Part shown: positions 57,168-64,000 of the stretch, piece by piece
Position numbering within the stretch: the first letter of the stretch is position 1
Layout: each line of letters starts with the position of its first letter
Source of the DNA: Salisapilia sapeloensis CBS 127946
Taxonomy: Eukaryota > Protista > Oomycota
NCBI GenBank assembly: GCA_023334545.1
Contig: JAADVB010000046.1
Coordinates: 1 to 64,000, forward strand
Reading direction: 5' to 3'
DNA: 64,000 bases
Translations under genes and position numbers: made by a program
The notes under the pieces: model-generated
Seen by the model: only the letters and a program-made list of their open reading frames with translations
What the model was told of the DNA's origin: nothing
Databases searched by the model: none

Positions 57168-59898
57168 TCAATGACTACGCTGCACAGCCACGTTGGAATA
57201 CAACCGTGAGTACTTGGTCTCTGGCAGTGACGGCGGCACAGACGTCAGTGCTGTCTCGCTACCATCGTCCTTACACAGCAACGACACGACTTCCTTCCAT
57301 TCTCTAAATGCAATGTTCGTGGACACTTCGAGTCCCAAGCGATCCCGACCTCGTGGCGTGTAGTACTGCATCCAAAACCACAGCAGTCTCCTGAAGTTGT
57401 CTCGCACATACCCAGACCGTCCAGCTTTTTCCTCGTGCTCCTTGACCTCGTCCAGCAACTTTACCAAGTGTCCCTTTCGATATGCCAAGACCAATATCAC
57501 AAGAGCAGTGTTCAGACAGCAGAGGTTTTCATGCCCGACCTCTTCCAACGTGACGATGCTCATTAGATCACGTACGAGGCGACTTGTGTTGTGCGTGATG
57601 AATTCGTTCATCCGGTCTAAATCGGTATCCTCCACCTCTTCTTCTGCAGAGAAGAGGAGCATGGATCGAAGGAATACATTCGAGTCCACGAGGTTATTCA
57701 CAACGACATGCATGAATCGAACGAATTGATCGTCATCTAATGTCCGATGGAAGAGTAGCGTCGTATCAACATTCCCCTTCGTCATGTCTCCAAGCAGGTC
57801 AAACACTGATTGGAATCTACCCTTTGTACGGTAGCTTTCGTCTTCCAGCACTTCGTTCACGAGTGCTTGCAGAAGCGGAGTTCTAGCCACAAAGAGTTGC
57901 TCCTCTGGCTTTGCATGACGCAAGTATGCTTCGAGGCAAGAGGACAGCCAGAAGCGGTACGTGGAGCTCCACTTTTGTTTTGTCACTTCCTCAATCAGTT
58001 TACACAGCAAGCCTTTATCAGTATAATCAAAGTCAATCGGCACCGCGGCAGGTGCATCTAGTAGATCTCTCTCCCGATCACTCAAGAGCATTCTACGGTT
58101 ACTATGATCCTCTGCTTCACGGTCGCAAAAATTGTGTACGAGTCGCAGGAACTGGATCTTAAAAGAGCTTTCGAGTGTGCACTCGCAGCCAGGGCCGTGG
58201 AGAGGAGTCCGAGGACGCTCCGACTGATTTTCGTCCCATTCCAGCTTGTCGAACATGATCGTCAGGATCGGGATCAACCCCATCTCGGCCAACCGGTCTT
58301 GGTACTCCACCTTCCGCTTGCTGTTTAGTAGTGTGCACAAGACGAATAATATCTCGACACGGAAAGGTTGTAGTACGATCGCCTTTGTCAAGACCGTAGC
58401 TTCTGCGTTGATCCTACTCGCTCCCTCATCTGTCGCATGTTCCGTTGCGAGCATCATGTCCCGCAAGAGAGTGCTGGCGAAGGGAAAGTTGTTCTGACCG
58501 TGTCCATCGTTCCCTCTGTCTTCATTTCGACGATAGGAGCGATAGAGTCGAGTGAGGTCGCCGGTAGGAGCGACGGCAGGGTGTTGTAGCAAGTGGTCGA
58601 TTGTTTCCCAATCGCTTCGATCCGCGCTCTGGTGATGGAGCATGGCGAATTCAGCAGATGCAAGCACGTCTTCTGATGCTTGATTGTAGACCGGATCGAC
58701 TGCAAAATAATAGTTTTGGACCTGGATAATACGAAGCATGCGTTGCAAAATGGATGGCGTCTGGAGTAGGAGTGCATGGTTACGATCAACAGCAGTGTCT
58801 TGCCTTTTCATGCGTTGAGAACGAAGTTGCAAGAGTTCAAGAGAAGAAATATTGTGCGTGGACTCTAGGAACCGACGGTCCTCTGGTTCGAAAATGACAA
58901 GAGCTAAGATACGACAGAAGAAGGCTAATTGACGAGAGGAACAGGACTGGAGGATCTCGTGAATACGTGGGATGCGGGTGAGGTCGAAGCAGTCGTTCCT
59001 CATGGCTAGGATCTCTTCTACTAATGCTGCTGCATTTTCGAAATGAGCAGCATTCTCTAGCAGTTGGAAGAGGTAGATGATAAGTCCGTCTTTGGAGCAT
59101 AATTCAGCACCGAGCTCAGGAGACGAAAAGCATAGTTCTCGTAGCAACGCCTGTTGACTTCAAATTAATACCAATACTTATTGTCTTTATACGATACCAA
59201 CTTACCATGACGGAATTGAGGCAGGATTGGAACTTGATCGAGTTGGAGCGTGCTGACGACGGCGGTTGGATGGTCCAGTCGGGTTCGTCCCACATGCTAC
59301 GAATGTCATTACGTTGTCTATAGAGTGAGATCCTTTCATCCGCCACAAGATTGGCATTCGGTGTCCTCCGTCGCATGACGTCCAGTACTCTTAAAAGGCA
59401 TTCGGCCCCTCCCAGCTTGAGAAAATGATCCCGATCGGACGGAGACACCTCTGGTTCAAGACCAAAATCTTCTGTCTCTTCCGGAAGCATATGATAGTGA
59501 TAGTCTGACAATCGGTTCAATAGCTCTTGCAAGACAATGTGTAGTCGCTGAGGATGTGCTCCCGAAGCATCCATAATGTCATAAATTTCACGAATGATAC
59601 TCAGAAACGACTTCGGAGGGCGTCGATCACGTGAGTTCTTGCGAAACGTCCGCTCATGCTGAGCCACGAAAGCTTGAGGGAGGTCTGAAATGGTTGAAAT
59701 GGGTACCTGGGTTCCTTGTGGCTCACGAGCGTGGGAAGTTGGTATAGCAGGCAGAGTGAGCTTCCCAGTTAGCTGCATACGACGAACGGCATCACTCATT
59801 CTCCGCATGGGAGCCAACTTTGACTTCTCGCCAACTTCATCGGAGCTAAAGGCAGAGTCAATGACGGTGCGGTCTGTCGCTGACGAGGAAGACATCAT
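57168..59898 (-). CDS. TRPC4AP: TRPC4-associated protein (TRUSS / DUF3689), CRL4 substrate receptor, 2 exons
   Basis: FLKLGGAECLLRVL, LRELCF, LHGPGCEC...FKIQFLRLVHNFCD, YRFWLSSCLEAYLR, FDLLGDMTK, DSNVFLRSMLL, CLNTALVIL and NFRRLLWFWMQYY. Confidence 0.85.
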
Positions 59899-59987
59899 TC
59901 CGATAAGGAGGACGAGAAGACCGAGTTTGATTGTTTGGTTTTTCAGTCCATTTCACTGTACTTTTGTATTGAATCATTTTAAACGAA

Positions 59988-60759
59988 TCAAGAGGGTTGG
60001 TTTGGGAAGTAGCCAATCGATATGATGGTACTATTGTGGTACCAGACTGGTAACATAGCGGCTGTCCAGGGTTTCGATGTCGCGTCAATGCACAGCTTAC
60101 CAGCGTTAGCCTCGTTCGGAGATAATAGCTCAGGTGAATATTGAAATTTTAACCCTAGTGGACTTCGATGAGCATACCGACAACATCCTCCACTTGTCGA
60201 ATACGCTTTAAAAGTAGGATGAAGGGGTGATTGGACTAGCAAAAAGCTGGTGGAGATGAGGTAGGTTTCCAAGCCAGCAAGCACGGTTTCGTACGATTGA
60301 TGCATCCAGCTCTATCTATTGGTATCGGTCATCAAAGCCACCCCTTAAAATCCTTAGTACAAACCAAATTTCTTACGTTATCAGGCAGCGATATGAGTGG
60401 ATCACTTGCGAAGAGAGCGATAAAGAGTACATGGACGAGGCTGTCTACGACTCTCCAATCCCTTGTGCTGCTCTTCTGGTTATGCAACTTATCTTCATTC
60501 TACCCTTGTTTAATTTAAATACGACGGGACGCGAAGACTCTGCTTATCCAGTAATCGATTTGTGCGTTTCTCGAAGTGACCACACAAGTCGCAAATCACA
60601 GCACGAGCTTCCTGCCCTAGTCATGCCATCCACAATCCACACCGACATAGCACTGGCAGTTTGAGCAGCATCTGATACAGGGTGCTTCATCGAGTACCTA
60701 CACCAATCAAGATCTGAAGCAGGACAGACGGGTATGCGCATCACTGGCGCATATGACAC
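59988..60759 (-). CDS. Possible small multi-exon hypothetical protein
   Basis: Stop-free AG/GT-bounded segments (NEDKLHNQ...LPDN|GTAAG) and a 105-aa ORF; the splice model is unresolved. Confidence 0.25.
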
Positions 60760-60808
60760 ATCGATGTTTTGCCAATCTGTCGCGGCCTTTACTTCGCCGG
60801 TAGCTTAG

Positions 60809-60825
60809 GCCTCATTCTGAATTTT
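60809..60825 (+). promoter_or_regulatory. INR+FPR core promoter of the purine permease
   Basis: GCCTCATTCTGAATTTT lies ~65 nt upstream of ATG 60890, near consensus. Confidence 0.6.
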
Positions 60826-60889
60826 CCTCAGACCTTACATCTTCACTTGGGGGGCGGTCCCAATCAACAAACACCACACCTTACAAGCT

Positions 60890-62443
60890 ATGGAACATCA
60901 TGACCTGGAAACGTCGTTGGAGCGCGGCAAGAGTGCAGAGTATATGAGCGCCAAGTCACCTGGAATGATGCGCGAGTCGGAGTATCTAGCAGGCGACTCG
61001 CTCTACGCTCGGATGCAGCGACTAGCAGCAAAGCTTAAGATTGAGCAGCGTGGCGTCGAACGCGTGCCGGAGGACGAACGAACGGACACTTCGCTGCTCA
61101 ATGTTGGCTCCATGTGGCTCAGTGCGAATTTGTGCATCAGCTCATTCGCGATCGGCGTGCTGGGCAAGTCGTTATTCGGCCTTGGTGTCATCGATGCCAT
61201 GCTCGTTGTCATCATCGCCAATATGGTCGGCATTATCCCCGTGTGTTACTTCTCTTGCTTTGGCGCTGCCTTTGGACTTCGCCAAATGATCATTTCACGA
61301 TTCTGGTTCGGCATGTACGGCGCCAAGTTCATCGCTATCTTTAACGTCTGCGCATGTATCGGCTGGTCCGCAGTCAACTCGATCGTGGGTGCTCAGATGC
61401 TAAATGCCGTTAGCGATGATATACCTGGATGGGGCGGCATTCTGATCATCGCAGTAAGCACGTTTATCGTGACACTCTTTGGATATCGAGTGATCCATAT
61501 ATACAACTTTTGGGCGTGGATTCCCTGCTTTATCGTCTTCATGATCATCATGGTGCAGTTCATCGCCTCGGATGCGTTCATCAACATTCCCATGGGTACT
61601 GGTACTTCTGAAGTCGGCGGTGTGCTTAGCTTTGCGGCCGTCGTCTACGGATTCGCTACTGGTTGGAGTTCCTACTCGGCAGACTACACGGTCTACCAGC
61701 CTGCAAACCAAAGCAAGGCCAAGATTTTCTTCGCCACGTACATCGGCCTCATCCTACCGCTATTCTTCACACAGCTGCTTGGTGTCGCGGTGATGACAGC
61801 CACCGGTGTCAATGACGATCCAGAGACCAATTCTTACTTGAAAGGATACAATCAGAGTGGAACTGGAGGACTCATTGCTGCGGTTTTGGTTCCGCCCATG
61901 GGTGGCTTTGGACGCTTTTGTCTTATCATCATGGCGCTGTCCATCGTCGCGAACAACTGTCCAAACATTTACTCGGTCGGACTGACGCTCCAGGTGTTTG
62001 GCGACTGGACCCAGCGCGTGCCACGGTTCATTTGGACGTTCATTGGCACGATCGTGTACATTGCGATCGCGATTCCAGGCTATTCGTACTTTGAAGAGGT
62101 TCTGGATAACTTTATGAACTTCATTGCGTACTGGCTTGCTATCTATGCTGCTATCGCTTTCACGGAACACCTCTACTTCCGAAATGGCTTTGGTGGATAC
62201 AATCCGGATGACCATGCGGACGCTTCCAAGTTACCAAAAGGTTATGCAGCAATGTTTGCATTCTGCTGTGGCGTGGTCGCTGTAGCGATGGGCATGTCGC
62301 AAACGTGGTTCGTTGGTCCGCTCGCTCGCCTTTGTGGCGAAGCACCGACTGGAGGAGATATCGCGATCGAACTGGCTTGGGGTGTTAGTGTGCTGACATA
62401 CCTGGTCGCTCGGACACTTGAGATACGCTATTTGAACGATTAG
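60890..62443 (+). CDS. Purine-cytosine permease (NCS1 family, FCY2/FcyB/CodB-like)
   Basis: Intronless 517 aa, ~12 TM; IEQRGVERVPEDER, MWLSAN, FGLRQMIISRFWFG, GWSAVNSIVGAQ, WSSYSADYTVY, ANNCPNIYS and NFMNFIAYW. Confidence 0.93.
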   Translation: MEHHDLETSLERGKSAEYMSAKSPGMMRESEYLAGDSLYARMQRLAAKLKIEQRGVERVPEDERTDTSLLNVGSMWLSANLCISSFAIGVLGKSLFGLGVIDAMLVVIIANMVGIIPVCYFSCFGAAFGLRQMIISRFWFGMYGAKFIAIFNVCACIGWSAVNSIVGAQMLNAVSDDIPGWGGILIIAVSTFIVTLFGYRVIHIYNFWAWIPCFIVFMIIMVQFIASDAFINIPMGTGTSEVGGVLSFAAVVYGFATGWSSYSADYTVYQPANQSKAKIFFATYIGLILPLFFTQLLGVAVMTATGVNDDPETNSYLKGYNQSGTGGLIAAVLVPPMGGFGRFCLIIMALSIVANNCPNIYSVGLTLQVFGDWTQRVPRFIWTFIGTIVYIAIAIPGYSYFEEVLDNFMNFIAYWLAIYAAIAFTEHLYFRNGFGGYNPDDHADASKLPKGYAAMFAFCCGVVAVAMGMSQTWFVGPLARLCGEAPTGGDIAIELAWGVSVLTYLVARTLEIRYLND

Positions 62444-63009
62444 CGCTCTCTCGAAGAAGTCTCTAGCTACCAGGATGCAGCACAGACATATACGTATGTC
62501 TATTAATCTTTGTAGCTGTGACGTAAAACAATAAAAGAGCTCCTATTGCTCCAAACCATCCTCTCCTTGTACTTGTTTATCTTGTGGTAGATCAACGTCA
62601 CGTATATGTTCTAATGTAAGATCTTTGGCAAGATGATAGGATCTCGCTGTCAACGGTAGTACTCGTCGGTGAGACTGCTAGCTGTAAGGATTTGAATCGA
62701 TGAGTATATCTGAAGGGGCTTTGAATTATGCGGTAACTTTGGACTACAGGATGCAGAATTGACTATTGCCATGGTTTAAAATGATGTCTAGGGCGCCTAT
62801 GTAAGATGTAAGTTGAAGTTGCAATATGATGACGCCGCCTGAAAATGTATGTAAAACACCATTCTGATTCAGCATTTGTAGGTCAATTTTCCTATTTTGT
62901 CATTTGCTCGATCATGATCCCGACTCGATTTCTCCGTCCTGCTGCCCTCACAACGGGTACGCATTACACAATATTCTACAAAACCCAACAATCCCTCACT
63001 ATCGTTCTC

Positions 63010-64000
63010 ATGCACTGGCTTATTTGGCTTACAGGTCTGCTCGTCGCAGTAGGCTCTGCTACTAAAGGTCGCTGGTGGGACTGGGGAGTCGCTAGCTTTT
63101 CTCGTCTCGAGCAGCTAGAACGCAACATTTTGAATCGTGCCGTTCAGTCTCCCTACGAGCTGACAAAAGTTGCTGGACTCGGGACGGTGGTCGTGCCGTG
63201 CACAGATGAAGTAAAACGCAAGAATGGCTCGGCTGAAAATCTCGTCCTTATCCATGGCTTTGGTGGAGGCAATGCCATGTGGGCTACGGTAGCTATATTT
63301 AGTTCTATAGGTCATTTGGGACCTGCTTACGATGTATAATTATACTATTAGAACTTTGACGACTTGGCCAAAGAATACAATGTGGTACGTACTAATCTAC
63401 CTCTTGCTTATATCGACCTAGAATGATGTCATCTCATATACGGCACGACTGTAGTACGCTGTCGAGTGGATTGGTGTCGGACGTTCCGATCGTCCAGATT
63501 TCCATCATAAAGGAGTACGTTTTTCATTAAAACGACCTTATATCAGACCGAAACGAATATAACTCTACAACTGTATAGTACGATGAAGCGGACGCATTCG
63601 TGGTCAATGCATTTGAAGAATGGCGAAAAAATATGGGTCTCAATCAATTCCATCTATGTGGACACTCGATGGGTGCCATGTTATCATCTTCGTATGCTTT
63701 GAAACACCCAGAGTACGTCAGCCATCTCGTTCTCGCATCTCCTGCTGGCGTTGGTCACCCGCCGCCGCCTATCGATCCGTCCAAGCCGGAGGACATAAAA
63801 AAGAGTCAATCGTGGCTACGGAAGTTTATCTTTTACAGCTGGGAAGCTGGTGTCACGCCGATGTCTCTTATCCGAGCTGCTGGACCGTACGGACCACAGT
63901 TTGTCTCGAACATTTTGCACAAACGCATTGAGTTTATGCCGAAGACGAGTGCCATTCGTGATGGGTCGATTGACCTGGATGAACTGGCCGAGTACATCTA
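63010..64000 (+). CDS. Alpha/beta hydrolase of the ABHD4/ABHD5 (CGI-58) family, multi-exon, truncated by the window end
   Basis: LVLIHGFGGGNAMW, YAVEWIGVGRSDRPDF, nucleophile elbow GHSMG, and HPEYVSHLVLASPAGV. Start could instead be 62914. Confidence 0.85.

Noticed and set aside
20822-62443. A purine gene cluster (purF, GATase-like, purine permease)
   Set aside because: The genes are 10-30 kb apart with unrelated genes between, and the GATase lacks a GMP synthase domain.
1-64000. Prokaryotic or phage systems (CRISPR, operons, defence islands), rRNA, tRNA, telomeric repeats, transposase or RT ORFs
   Set aside because: Spliceosomal introns and eukaryotic genes throughout; I saw no repeat-spacer array, tRNA T-loop pattern, TTTAGGG tract or TE motifs.

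Overview
This is eukaryotic nuclear DNA, almost certainly an oomycete (stramenopile). Support: short GT-AG introns (~50-75 nt), oomycete-type INR/FPR core promoters (TCATTYYNNAWTTY-like) upstream of several starts, and an elicitin-like gene. About 30 protein-coding genes are packed into tight head-to-head and tail-to-tail pairs. Housekeeping genes include ATP synthase b, MSH4, CSN6, CSN4, SerRS, ERO1, ALG9, purF, CSE1, LSm3, an AIR1-like zinc knuckle, TRPC4AP, a FAM184-like protein and a fungal-type purine-cytosine permease. Three AT-richer, gene-sparse islands (~22.1-26.8 kb, ~37.0-43.7 kb, ~47.5-49.9 kb) interrupt them and hold secreted or effector-like genes. The most unusual element is a secreted LRR gene (23419-26334, minus) built from ~20 symmetric phase-2 mini-exons, one LRR per exon. 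It contains a four-exon cassette triplicated at a ~490 bp period and carries a nonsense codon, a 1-nt deletion and an apparently exonised intron; the two defective exons could be bypassed in frame by skipping. The islands also encode an LPMO-like secreted protein that appears to have lost its His brace and a trypsin-fold protein with catalytic Ser replaced by Ala. I found no rRNA, tRNA, CRISPR array or recognisable transposon. Family assignments come from motif recognition by eye; no database searches were run.
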